The notes: a model not told the origin generated them from the letters alone. A stretch of DNA of 63,063 nucleotides from Deltaproteobacteria bacterium (GCA_029561465.1 JAKQIZ010000022.1:1-63063), one strand, 5' to 3'. Numbered from the stretch's first letter, positions 40,167-49,223 are shown. Program-made: numbers and translations.

Positions 40167-40748
40167 ATGAAACAGATATTGAGCCTTACCGGGAGATTTC
40201 TCTATTTCCTGATGGGTTGGCATTTTGAACCTCTCCCTCCGTATTTTGCCTCCAAGCATGTGATCATAGGCTTTCCCCATACGTCAAACATGGATGCAAT
40301 CAGGGCGTTTATCGGTTACCGGATAATTAAACGCACCGGTCACATCATGGTAAAGAAGGAATGGTTCTTCTGGCCCATGTCTGTTGTTCTTAAAATCGTC
40401 GGCGGCATTCCGATCAATCGTAACTCCCCCCAGGGCGCCGTGGAACAGATGGCGGAAATTTTCAAGGCAAATAATGAATTTCTTCTGGCAATCGTGCCGG
40501 AGGGGACGCGCAAAAAAGTGAAGACCATCAAGACGGGTTTCTGGCACATTGCCAAGGCCGCCGATGTTTCCATAATCTGCTGGTTTTTAGACAATGAGCA
40601 CAAAAGAGCCCGATGGTTGGGCGAGGTTGTTCCGGGGGAAGATATGATGGATGACTTGATCCGGATACGGGACATATACGAAAAAGCGGGATATCGATTC
40701 CCCCTGGAGGTTGCTTCACCAACGCCGGTTACGGGGCAAACCCGCTAA
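40167..40748 (+). CDS. 1-acyl-sn-glycerol-3-phosphate acyltransferase family protein (PlsC-like)
   Basis: HTSNMD (HX4D motif) and IVPEGTR. Confidence 0.75.
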   Translation: MKQILSLTGRFLYFLMGWHFEPLPPYFASKHVIIGFPHTSNMDAIRAFIGYRIIKRTGHIMVKKEWFFWPMSVVLKIVGGIPINRNSPQGAVEQMAEIFKANNEFLLAIVPEGTRKKVKTIKTGFWHIAKAADVSIICWFLDNEHKRARWLGEVVPGEDMMDDLIRIRDIYEKAGYRFPLEVASPTPVTGQTR

Positions 40749-40804
40749 TATCCATGGCGGCAATGCCGAAGATGCCGTCCAATTTTCTTTCGGAGGACAA
40801 ACCA

Positions 40805-41164
40805 ATGAGATTTTTTTTCGCATTGTTTTTTTTCGCATCCATCATTTTCTTCGGCTCCTTTGGCCATGCCCAGACCATGATGGAGATGAAGGAGGAAGCG
40901 GGGGTGAAATACAAGCAGGCCGATGGGGAGATGAACCGAATCTATAAGCTGGCCAGGGAGGCCTGTGACAGCGCCGGTAAAGAAAGACTGAAAAAGGCGC
41001 AACTGGCATGGATCAAATATCGGGACCTCTGCTGCGAGGCCGAAGCGTCGATTTATGAAGGCGGGTCGCTGTACGGGTTGGCATATACGAACTGCATGAT
41101 AGCTTTGACCAAAGAGCGAACCGGCCGCTTGAGGGTTTATGATGTAGAAAGTTCGTGGAAATGA
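40805..41164 (+). CDS. DUF1311 (LprI-like) secreted protein
   Basis: ATG 40805 follows GGAGGA. Signal peptide MRFFFALFFFASIIFFGSFGHA. ...MNRIYKLAREA...LKKAQLAWIKYRDLCCEAE... Confidence 0.65.
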   Translation: MRFFFALFFFASIIFFGSFGHAQTMMEMKEEAGVKYKQADGEMNRIYKLAREACDSAGKERLKKAQLAWIKYRDLCCEAEASIYEGGSLYGLAYTNCMIALTKERTGRLRVYDVESSWK

Positions 41165-41211
41165 GGGGAGGAAATAAAATGACGATACGGCTGATGAAAG
41201 AAGGAGGGACA

Positions 41212-42444
41212 ATGAAAAAACGTGAAGGCATGGAAATAACAGCAATTTTCATGGTTTTATTCCTGACGTCGCTCTTCGTTTTCTGCCCGATAAATGTCGT
41301 GGCGAAAACCCCTATGGATCAAGACCTGATTTATTTGACCGAACAGTATCCTCCCTTTAACTATGAGGAAAAAGGACTAATCCAGGGTATCACCGTCGAT
41401 CTGCTGGAGGAAATATGGAAAAAGAACAAGCTCGGACTTTCCCGTGAACAAATACGACTGCGTAGCTGGACCGCCGGTTACCAGGCTGCCTTGAAAAAGA
41501 AGAATACCGTGCTTTTTTCTATGACCAGAATACCGGAGCGGGAAAAACTCTTCCAATGGGCCGGACCTATTGCACCCACCAAAGTTACCGTCATTGCCAG
41601 GAAAGACAGTAGCGTAAGAATGGAAAAAATCAGTGATTTAAGACGTTACAGAATTGCCGTTATTCGGGATGACATTGGTGAGCAGATATTGGTTAAACGG
41701 GGGATCAAGCGCAAAGCGATCATCGTGAAAGAGAAAGCCCAAGACATCATCCGCCTGATGGAAGAGGGCGCCATTGACGCCTGGGTTTATGAGGAAACGG
41801 CAGGACTGTGGCTCATTAAGCATATGGCGGCCAATCCGGCCAATTATGAGAGTGTTTGCCCTCTCTATGAAGGAGAACTCTACTTCGCCTTTAACCGGAA
41901 AACCCCCAAGGCGGCGGTTCAATCTTTCCAGCAGTCTTTAGACGACTTGAAAAAAGAAAAAACAAGAGATGGTTTTAGCGTTTATGAAAGAATATTCGAT
42001 AATTATCTTAAGCCACGTTATGTCATGGACGTCATTACAAACGAACAGGCAACGCGCAGAGTAGAGGAAACCGCCGCCGATCTCGCCATTGACGTTTCCG
42101 GGACCATAAAGAAGATCAATGCGGGAGAGCATCCTTACCGCGATAAGGATAATCGCGCTCTTTATGTCTTTATATACGATACGGACGGAACGATGATCGC
42201 CCATGGCGACAATATCAAACTCGTGGGCAAGAACTTCAAGGGCAAGACGGACGTGAACGGGAAGGCGTTCCGGGATGAAATCCTCGCCAAGGCGATACAA
42301 AACGGGAGCGGTTGGGAGGACTATGTCTATACCAATCCCGGCGAAAGCGGTTTGTATTATAAAACCACCTACTTCAAGCTGGTGAAGGGAAGTGACGGCA
42401 AGGATTATATCGTCTGTTGCGGGAAATTCAAAGACAAGCCCTGA
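41212..42444 (+). CDS. Periplasmic family-3 solute-binding domain fused to a C-terminal Cache-like domain
   Basis: ATG 41212 follows GAAGGAGGG, then a signal/anchor sequence. LTEQYPPFNYEEKG.IQGITVDLLEEIWKK...FSMTRIPEREKLFQWAGP (SBP_bac_3-like). The C-terminus YVFIYDTDGTMIAHGDN..LVGKNFKGKTDVNGKAFRDEI...GWEDYVYTNPGE is like a single Cache domain. Confidence 0.6.
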   Translation: MKKREGMEITAIFMVLFLTSLFVFCPINVVAKTPMDQDLIYLTEQYPPFNYEEKGLIQGITVDLLEEIWKKNKLGLSREQIRLRSWTAGYQAALKKKNTVLFSMTRIPEREKLFQWAGPIAPTKVTVIARKDSSVRMEKISDLRRYRIAVIRDDIGEQILVKRGIKRKAIIVKEKAQDIIRLMEEGAIDAWVYEETAGLWLIKHMAANPANYESVCPLYEGELYFAFNRKTPKAAVQSFQQSLDDLKKEKTRDGFSVYERIFDNYLKPRYVMDVITNEQATRRVEETAADLAIDVSGTIKKINAGEHPYRDKDNRALYVFIYDTDGTMIAHGDNIKLVGKNFKGKTDVNGKAFRDEILAKAIQNGSGWEDYVYTNPGESGLYYKTTYFKLVKGSDGKDYIVCCGKFKDKP

Positions 42445-42495
42445 AATATCAGGGAGATAATCGTTATTCGGAAGAGAAGGAGGGAAGGCAATATT

Positions 42496-42678
42496 ATGGA
42501 AGGAAAAGAAAAGAAGGTCCTCGAAGCGATGAAAAAGGAAGGGAAGCCCTTGCGACCTGGCGACATCGCCAAGAAAGCCGCAATGGACAAGGACGAAGTT
42601 GCCAAGATCATCGACAAGCTGAAGAAGGAAGGCAAGGTGTCCTCGCCGAAGCGATGTTTCTACGCGCCGGCGGATTGA
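42496..42678 (+). CDS. Small winged-helix DNA-binding-like protein
   Basis: 60 aa, KVLEAMKKEGKPLRPGDIAKKAAMDKDEVAKIIDKLKKEGKV. ATG follows GAAGGAGGGAAGG. Confidence 0.5.
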   Translation: MEGKEKKVLEAMKKEGKPLRPGDIAKKAAMDKDEVAKIIDKLKKEGKVSSPKRCFYAPAD

Positions 42679-42687
42679 GGCAAACCC

Positions 42688-43152
42688 ATGAAGCTGCGCA
42701 CCGGATCTATGGCGCCGGAATTCTCGGCAACGGATATGGAAGGAAAAGAAGTCTCCCTTTCCGGCTTGAGGCAGGGGGGGGCTGTAGCCCTTGTTTTCCT
42801 CAGGGGCTTCAGTTGACCATTTGCCAGAAGGCATCTGGGTCAGATGAAAAAGGATTATCAGGGATTCAGAGACAGAAAGGCCACTATCGCGGTGATTGCC
42901 CCTCATGGAAGCGAGAAGGTCAGGAGCTACTGGCATAAAGAAAGCCTGCCCTTTATCGGCATCCCTGATCCGGATGGCAGACTGGGACAACTCTACGGCC
43001 AGGAATGGAGCCTGGTCAAGCTGGGACGCATGCCGGCATTATTCATCGTTGATCAGAAAGGCGCCGTTGTTTTTTCTTCATATGCAAAGAATATGGCCGA
43101 CATTCCTGAAAACGAGCAGCTATGGCAATTGCTGGAAAGGAATGCTCAATAA
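42688..43152 (+). CDS. AhpC/TSA (redoxin) family thiol peroxidase-like selenoprotein; in-frame UGA (Sec) at 42814..42816
   Basis: Own translation: MKLRTGSMAPEFSATDMEGKEVSLSGLRQGGAVALVFLRGFS-U-PFARRHLGQMKKDYQGFRDRKATIAVI...LPFIGIPDPDGRLGQLYG...MPALFIVDQKGAVV. The TGA sits exactly where the catalytic Cys of the F.RG..CP.C motif belongs. The track's ORF 42844..43152 is in the same frame. A hairpin follows the UGA. Confidence 0.7.
42818..42846 (+). promoter_or_regulatory. SECIS-like hairpin immediately 3' of the UGA
   Basis: CAUUUG-CCAGA-[AGGCA]-UCUGG-(GU bulge)-CAGAUG: 11 base pairs including one G.U, with a G-containing apical loop. It starts 2 nt after the UGA. Confidence 0.55.
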
Positions 43153-43553
43153 GGAAGTGCCATCCGTCGTCTTAAAAAATCATTTTTGCTCAATTTTCTG
43201 AGCATTTCAAGCGATTGTCAGCTAAAGCTCCGCCGATGGCAGGATGGCTTTGCTGTCTCCAAGTACCGCCGGGAGAGGCGGGGAGGAAATCATTATATCT
43301 TGCTTTTTATCAATATAAACAAATGGTTGAACGCTATTGACCATCATGAAGGCAGGCCGTTTTCCGTTGTTTTTTACCACCAGGACAAGTCGCAATCTGA
43401 CGCTGCCGGTAGCCGGCGACAGGACAAAAACCCCTCTTTTCGGAAGACAAATATCTCGCAATGTCTCTAATTGCTCAATAATTTCATGCTATTAACAGAT
43501 ATTACCGCGATAATAATTTTTCCCGGATGTTTGCGATGACACTCATGGAGGAA

Positions 43554-43877
43554 TCACCCCAATATTTCCAACATCTCGGCCACGACCTTGATACTACCTT
43601 CGTCTTCACAGGTCGGCACGATGGGCTCGAAATCCAGGTTAACCGGCTTGAGCAAAACGTTTACATGCCGCCAGGTTCCATCTTCGGAAGCTGCCTTTTC
43701 GCTCTCGTAGCGCTTGACCGTGAAACGCTGGACCGTTTCCGGGTCGGCTGTGTCCCGTAGAAGAACAACCACCGTCCTGCCTTGGCGAGTCCCTTCAACC
43801 GGTGATCCAAAGAGGCAATAGGCGCCATCGGGAATTATCGGTTCCATAGACTTGCCTACCACCTGAGCCACAAACAT
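43554..43877 (-). CDS. S24 (LexA/UmuD-type) peptidase domain protein without an N-terminal DNA-binding domain
   Basis: VVGKSMEPIIPDGAYCLF (Ser nucleophile motif) and TVKRY (Lys). 107 aa. Confidence 0.65.
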   Translation of the reverse strand: MFVAQVVGKSMEPIIPDGAYCLFGSPVEGTRQGRTVVVLLRDTADPETVQRFTVKRYESEKAASEDGTWRHVNVLLKPVNLDFEPIVPTCEDEGSIKVVAEMLEILG

Positions 43878-43885
43878 TCCTTTCC

Positions 43886-44320
43886 TTATCTTTCCCGCAG
43901 GGCGTCTCTTATATCGCCGGCATCGAGATAACAGGCCAGCCGCCGGAAATGGCGAGTCATAGCGCCTTCATCAGCAAGGTCGCTCACGGCGATTTCGATC
44001 ACTTCATAGCCATTATCACGCAGCCAAGTCCTAATGCGCTGATCATGTTCCGCCGTTGCCGCATTCCCGTGGAGATGGCCGCTCAAGCCGTCAAGATAGA
44101 TGCACACGCCTTCATTCTCCTCGTGGTGCGGTGCATGGTAGATGAGATCCGGCGTCGTCGTGCCGATAGCGCGGTCAAGGCGGATCTGCCGCCCTCGAAT
44201 CCCTTCTTCAAAACCGGCCGCCAGCAGAAGATGCCCTATCCGCCGTTCCGCTTCATTGACCGGGTGGGTTCCTTCTTCCGGCGCCTTTGACGGTTGCTTG
44301 GCCGGGATTTCATGGTTCAA
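43886..44320 (-). CDS. Restriction-endonuclease-fold (PD-(D/E)xK / DUF559-like) protein
   Basis: ...TTPDLIYHAP...GVCIYLDGLSGHLHGNAATAEHDQRIRTWLRDNGYEVIEIAVSDL has the pattern of Vsr/DUF559-type nuclease domains that commonly follow DUF1998. Confidence 0.45.
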   Translation of the reverse strand: MNHEIPAKQPSKAPEEGTHPVNEAERRIGHLLLAAGFEEGIRGRQIRLDRAIGTTTPDLIYHAPHHEENEGVCIYLDGLSGHLHGNAATAEHDQRIRTWLRDNGYEVIEIAVSDLADEGAMTRHFRRLACYLDAGDIRDALRER

Positions 44321-44335
44321 TGTCAGTCGTGTCCC

Positions 44336-44993
44336 TCATGCCGTAAGTCGCTCCCGTGCGGCTTGACGATCGAGATATTTGTGGTAGTAGCCATTGCGGA
44401 AGGTCTGGAGGCAATCGATGCAAGATTTTTCGCAGGCCGCCGGACATTGTTCGACAAGCTCTTGCGCGACCGCGGCGATCTCCTCAAATCGTTCGCAGAT
44501 CTGATCGAGAAGCCCTGAGCCGCCGGGCATGGGATCCCACAAGAGGGCATCCACTTCGTCGCGATCCACATGTCCGATGACCAGGATCTGCCGGTCATCA
44601 AGATTCATGTCCATTATGCGGGCGGCAGCGAAGCGCAGCGTCTCAAGCACGCTGTAGGCTATTGTTTTGTCCGGACAGGCCGGCACAGACAAGGACATCC
44701 GCTACCACGTCGGCGTAGAAGCCAACGGGGGAAATCGGTTTCCCTCAGCGTTCCTGGTGGGTCTGTTCAAAATGTTTGCGCTGTCGGTCCGATGAGAGAG
44801 GCGAAATACTCTGACCGTAGACCCGGCAAACAGGATAGCCGAACCTTTCGAATCGGTCGATGGCGGTAGAAGCGCCGACATTAACCATACGCAGCCGCAC
44901 GCCACGACGATGATGCAGGGCCTGCGAGCCCCATTGGTATGCCCGCCCGCCGTTGTGCCGGTCACGTTCCAGCCCGAACACGGCCACCCCCAT
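44336..44993 (-). pseudogene. DUF1998-domain gene fragment (truncated at the N-terminus, with an internal TGA and a frameshift)
   Basis: The C-terminal piece 44336..44698 has the DUF1998 cysteine cluster (CPAACEKSCIDCLQTFRNGYYHKYLDRQAA). The upstream piece 44745..44993 (..MVNVGAS..FGYPVCRVYGQ..HQER*) continues into GKPISPVGFYADVVADVL in the same frame and then needs a frame change. No helicase gene lies upstream. Confidence 0.55.
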
Positions 44994-45230
44994 CTGAAAT
45001 CACAACTCTTCCTATGCGAACATGCCAGGGCGGGGAACTTAAGCGGTTTCGGCGGCTTTCATTGCAGAAGGGTTTCCGTGAAGATCATCCGTCTTCTCCA
45101 AAGGCAACTATATTTCTGCATGAACCAATACATTATTTGCTCTGGTAATACAAGCAGTTAACGAAAATACTTTCTGCCATGCAGCGACGGCTTGCGCAGG
45201 TTGGCATTCATGTATAGAGCTGTCCGGCGC

Positions 45231-45641
45231 TTATTCTTGGAGATGGTGCGGCAGCCAGCCGATGCATGGCATGGCATCGACGGGAAGAAGTCGTCCGAAA
45301 TTCTTGCCCCGTCCTGACTCCTCCTCCAGAGAGGCCCGCGGGGAGAGGAGCTCTTGATCCTCCAGACGTTCCCAGTCGATACCCCCGGGATCGACCAGGC
45401 AGGCCTCCAGGTAGCACCGCCGGGCTACCTCCCGTTCGCCCCGGCGGAGGTAGACGTCGCCCAGATAGGAATAAATAGCCGCGTTATTCGACGTCGTGGC
45501 AAGGCAGGACTGAAGGGAGACGATAGCCCGGTCCCAGTCCTCCGCTTGGGCGAAGCGCAGCTCCTTGAGATCGGCGATTCCGCAATTCCGCTCCAAATAT
45601 TCAACATCAAAAAGATAACCTTGATCCGTCACCATGAACAT
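45231..45641 (-). CDS. Hypothetical protein with one TPR-like repeat
   Basis: 136 aa, AIYSYLGDVYLRRGEREVARRCYLEACLVDP. No other recognisable motif. Confidence 0.4.
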   Translation of the reverse strand: MFMVTDQGYLFDVEYLERNCGIADLKELRFAQAEDWDRAIVSLQSCLATTSNNAAIYSYLGDVYLRRGEREVARRCYLEACLVDPGGIDWERLEDQELLSPRASLEEESGRGKNFGRLLPVDAMPCIGWLPHHLQE

Positions 45642-45845
45642 TTCCTTCCTTGCCGCAAGCCTCGAGCCGGCGGCATATCTTGCCCCGCCTAAAGCATCTT
45701 GTGGAGGAGTTGGACCGAATCTGCCAAATCCTCCGGCGTATTTTTCTGGACATATTCACCCATGACCCTTAAAGTGGAAACACTCCGCCTGCCGCGGTGG
45801 GCGCCGCCGGGGCCGGAGATATTCTCGCGAGGGGAGGAGGGGGCG

Positions 45846-46772
45846 ATGAAGGTCCTTGTCGTACAGGCCCAACCGGCGGATAGGGAACATCTGGTCAGGA
45901 TCGTCAAGGACCATGGCGGCGAGGCCGTCGCGGCGGTGGACGGCATGACCGGTTTGGAAGCGGCGGCGGCCCATCGTCCCGATCTGATCATCTCCGGGGC
46001 CCTCATGCTCCGCATGGACGGCTTCCATATGCTCAAGCACCTCAAGGCGCAAAAGGAACTGGCGGCGATCCCCTTCATCTTCTACGCCGTTCCCTATACG
46101 GGAAATCGGGAGGTGGAGCTGGCCTATGCCCTCGGCGCCGACGCCTATATCATCAAAAAACGTCCCCTGGTGGATATCTGGCCCGAGGTGGAGGCGGTCC
46201 TTCGCAGCCCACGGATCGACGGCGCCGCCCGGGGAGCCGGGGAGACAGCCGGGGCCGACGAAGGACTGCTGACCGGTTATGCCCTCAGCGTCGTCAAGGA
46301 GTTGGAAGACCGGATCGCATTTCTGGAAAAGGCCAAGGCGGAGATCGAACAGAGCGAAAACCTCTACCGGGTCGTGGTGGAAAACGTCAGCGACGTCATC
46401 TGGATGATGGACATGACCTTTCGCTTCGTCTATATCAGTCCCGCCAGCGCCCGCATGCTCCAATGCAGCATGGCCGAGGCGATGGATCAGGCCATCGATT
46501 CGCTCTTCACCCCCGAGTCCCTCCAACTGATGGAGGCCATCCTCGCAGAGGAACTGGCCGCGGACGCACAGTTCAGCAAGGACCTGCTGCGGTCGCGGCT
46601 CCTCATCGTGGAGTTGCGGCGGCGCAACGGCACGACGTTTTTTGCCGAGGTCCGGGTCACCTTCCTCCGCGATCCCGAAGGCCGGGCCATCGGCATGGTG
46701 GGTGTGACCAGGGACATCAGCGACCGGGAGGAGGAACTGAACCGTCAGCCGAGGATCATCACCGAGGTCTGA
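45846..46772 (+). CDS. Response-regulator receiver + PAS protein (no output domain)
   Basis: ATG 45846 follows GAGGGGAGGAGGGGG. MKVLVVQAQPADREHL...PDLIISGALMLRMDGFHMLKHLK...ADAYIIKK (REC domain), then YRVVVENVSDVIWMMDMTFRFVYISPA...GVTRDISDRE (PAS domain). Confidence 0.8.
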   Translation: MKVLVVQAQPADREHLVRIVKDHGGEAVAAVDGMTGLEAAAAHRPDLIISGALMLRMDGFHMLKHLKAQKELAAIPFIFYAVPYTGNREVELAYALGADAYIIKKRPLVDIWPEVEAVLRSPRIDGAARGAGETAGADEGLLTGYALSVVKELEDRIAFLEKAKAEIEQSENLYRVVVENVSDVIWMMDMTFRFVYISPASARMLQCSMAEAMDQAIDSLFTPESLQLMEAILAEELAADAQFSKDLLRSRLLIVELRRRNGTTFFAEVRVTFLRDPEGRAIGMVGVTRDISDREEELNRQPRIITEV

Positions 46773-46819
46773 CTCGGGAGGCTGTTGAATCCCACACGGA
46801 AATGGGGCAATTTGACAGA

Positions 46820-46895
46820 CCCATCCCCACCTTGGACCCCTAAAAGGGGAGGAAATTAATTATTCAATAAGTCAAGCACATAGGAGCGCATTTAA
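46820..46895 (+). repeat. Repeat family B, copy 2
   Basis: CCCATCCCCACCTTGGACCCCTAAAAGGGGAGGAAATTAATTATTCAATAAGTCAAGCACATAGGAGCGCATTT aligns with 6844..6925. Confidence 0.75.
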
Positions 46896-46896
46896 G

Positions 46897-47887
46897 GTGA
46901 TAGATGTATCTCCGGAAGGCCCCTCATCGGACCCCGTTGCCGTCCCGGATTCAAACTACGCAGCTTTTTCGGTTTGTGTTGAGGACGGCGTCGGTCTGCG
47001 GGTCATGACTTGGTGGCCGAAACAACCCATAAGCGACAATCCCATCATCTTTGTGGCCGGATGGGTGTCCGCCGTAACCGGATGGGCGCCTCTGCTGAAA
47101 GTCATGGCGGCCCGAAGGCCCTTCTTTTTATATATAAATTTTCATGCCGGTGCGGCACCCGCGAAGGATAAAAATGGTTTTTAACATCCCTATCGAACTT
47201 CTGGCCAAGGCAGCAGCGTTTATTTTCTGACTAACTCGTGAAAAAAGATCAGCCCTTATTAAGAAAAAGAACTTGCAGACGGCGGATTTCAGCATTGCCC
47301 GCATGGCGGAAGACCTGATCAGCGTGTGCCCCCAATTGGGCATCTCGTCGCCGTGCGCAACGGCAATCGGCAGCTCTCTCGGGGCGACCGCCCTGCTGGA
47401 AGCCCTGAAAGGGGGAAGGCTGACGGCAGGGGCGGCCTTTTTAATCGCCCCCAACAGTGATTTCAAGGCGCCGTGGTATCTGCAGTGGATGTTGTTTCTG
47501 CCGGAGTTTCTTTATCACGGCCTCAAGTATTTTATTCTCTGGTATATAAAGACCTTCAAGGTCGATGTCAAAAATGAGCCGGAACAGATGCTCCGTTACC
47601 AAGAAACTCTGCATGCGGCCCATCCCCGGAGAATCAAGCTCTCGGCCAAGGCGGCCATTTATATGAACTATGAGGTTTGGCCGCACTTGGACAGCGTGCA
47701 AATACCCGTAGCCTTGGCTTACGCCCCTACGGATACCCTTCATTCCGCCGCGAATATTCAGCGCATTGCGGACCGGCTGCCCCAGGCAACCATCATTGTC
47801 TGCCCGTCGAAAAGATACATGCACAGTGCAGAGGTGGTGCAGGATATCGAGGATTTTATCCTCAGGTCGGAGCCGCAAGGGACCTGA
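46897..47887 (+). pseudogene. Alpha/beta-hydrolase gene interrupted by a ~100-bp A+T-rich insertion plus a frame change
   Basis: The N-terminal piece (IIFVAGWVSAVTGWAPLLKVMAARRP) stops making sense at ~47130. The expected continuation VYFL-TREKRSALIKKKNLQTADFSIARMAEDL reappears at ~47216 but is split across two frames around 47226..47233. The C-terminal piece has the nucleophile elbow GSSLGA. Confidence 0.55.
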
Positions 47888-47930
47888 CGGACAGCGACGG
47901 ATTGCGGAAGGACATTGAGGAGACGATTAC

Positions 47931-49223
47931 ATGGCGGCGGCAGGGAAAAACTACGGCGGGCTGGGAATATCGCTTCTTTTCTGCACCGTTGTCCTGCTTT
48001 TTTTTGCGCCGGCCATTCATGGCGCAACCATTTCTACACCGGCGGGCGATTCCGCCGACCTTACCGTTTGGCCGAACAGGGTAAGCCGCGCTAACAGCGA
48101 TCAATGGTTGGCCAAGCATCACGATTCGATTCGCCTGATGAAGCCGCGCCTGCTGGTACTGAATTTTTCCAACCGGGCACGGCGCGATTCTCTCGATCGG
48201 ATGCTCGACGCCCTTATTGTAGCTTTTGCCGAAGGCAGCCGCTATCACGGTTATAAGAATCCCAAGGCGCCGGTCTTTCTCCAGTATTCGCTATTCAAGT
48301 TCATCGACCTGCGAGATAGGACGGCCGGGGGGAACAATTCCGCATATCTTCCCATCAAACCGGGTATGCACAACGGCTTCAATCTCGACTACAACCGTTT
48401 TTTCAGCGAGGAATTCGCCCGCCATTACGGAGTCGTCGATCCGAAAAACCCGTCCCGCTTCCTTCGCCTCGCGGAACTTGTCGAACAGGGCTACGTGCAC
48501 GAACTCTGGTTTTTTGTTGAACATGACCAGGATTTTCGCGCCTATGAAGTGGTGGAAGAAAAACCATGCTACGACCATAAGTTTCGCCGCCTCGGGAATC
48601 AATGGGTACAGGCGGGCAACGGCGGTGACAGCGAGCAGAAATGGACGGGCCGCAGCTTGCGGATAGGATTCATCAATGCCTCACGGGGCATCGGCTGCTA
48701 CCTCGAAAGTCTCAGCCATGGCATCGAGGGGATGGCGAAATCAGGGGCGATTCCCTATTTCACCCGATATTTCACCGACTATGCCGATATGAACATAAAC
48801 CGGCGCTATCCACAGTTTCCGTGGGTTTCCTTCTATGCCCTCAGCCCCGCAGACCGGATCGCTTTTCCCAATCCCCACACCGCCATCGTTTCCCGCGACG
48901 GTGTCAAAATCACTCTGGACAACTACGTTGCCCACGGCGGCAACGTCCATTTCCTTCCCAACGGCCGCTTTCATTACGACCTCCAGGGCGAGGGCAGCGT
49001 AATGTCAACGATAGAAGACTGGCGCATCGGCAGCGGTCCGGGCGGACGCGACCTTGCCCGGCCCTGGAGCAGCTCGGCCTTTGCCCCCTACCGCAAACTC
49101 GCGCCGGACTGCATGGGGCCCTGGCTTATCTATTGGCGGCAGAACTTTCCCGGGCTGGATAACAAGCAACGGGACGCGGAGGGCAAGGCCATGAAAAACT
49201 GGTGGCCCTTCCTGTTTTACTGA
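47931..49223 (+). CDS. Secreted protein of unknown function
   Basis: 430 aa. Signal peptide GLGISLLFCTVVLLFFAPAIHGA. Trp/Tyr-rich, with no motif I can assign. Ends ...NWWPFLFY. Confidence 0.6.
   Translation: MAAAGKNYGGLGISLLFCTVVLLFFAPAIHGATISTPAGDSADLTVWPNRVSRANSDQWLAKHHDSIRLMKPRLLVLNFSNRARRDSLDRMLDALIVAFAEGSRYHGYKNPKAPVFLQYSLFKFIDLRDRTAGGNNSAYLPIKPGMHNGFNLDYNRFFSEEFARHYGVVDPKNPSRFLRLAELVEQGYVHELWFFVEHDQDFRAYEVVEEKPCYDHKFRRLGNQWVQAGNGGDSEQKWTGRSLRIGFINASRGIGCYLESLSHGIEGMAKSGAIPYFTRYFTDYADMNINRRYPQFPWVSFYALSPADRIAFPNPHTAIVSRDGVKITLDNYVAHGGNVHFLPNGRFHYDLQGEGSVMSTIEDWRIGSGPGGRDLARPWSSSAFAPYRKLAPDCMGPWLIYWRQNFPGLDNKQRDAEGKAMKNWWPFLFY

Noticed and set aside
43153-43553. A+T-rich 400-nt gap with small ORFs (43186..43470, 43222..43461)
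   Set aside because: No RBS, no motifs and no repeat structure that I could support. It may be degraded sequence but cannot be called.
44745-44747. TGA inside the DUF1998 fragment as a possible second selenocysteine codon
   Set aside because: The same gene also has a frameshift and a missing N-terminus. No hairpin follows the TGA. Decay is the simpler explanation.
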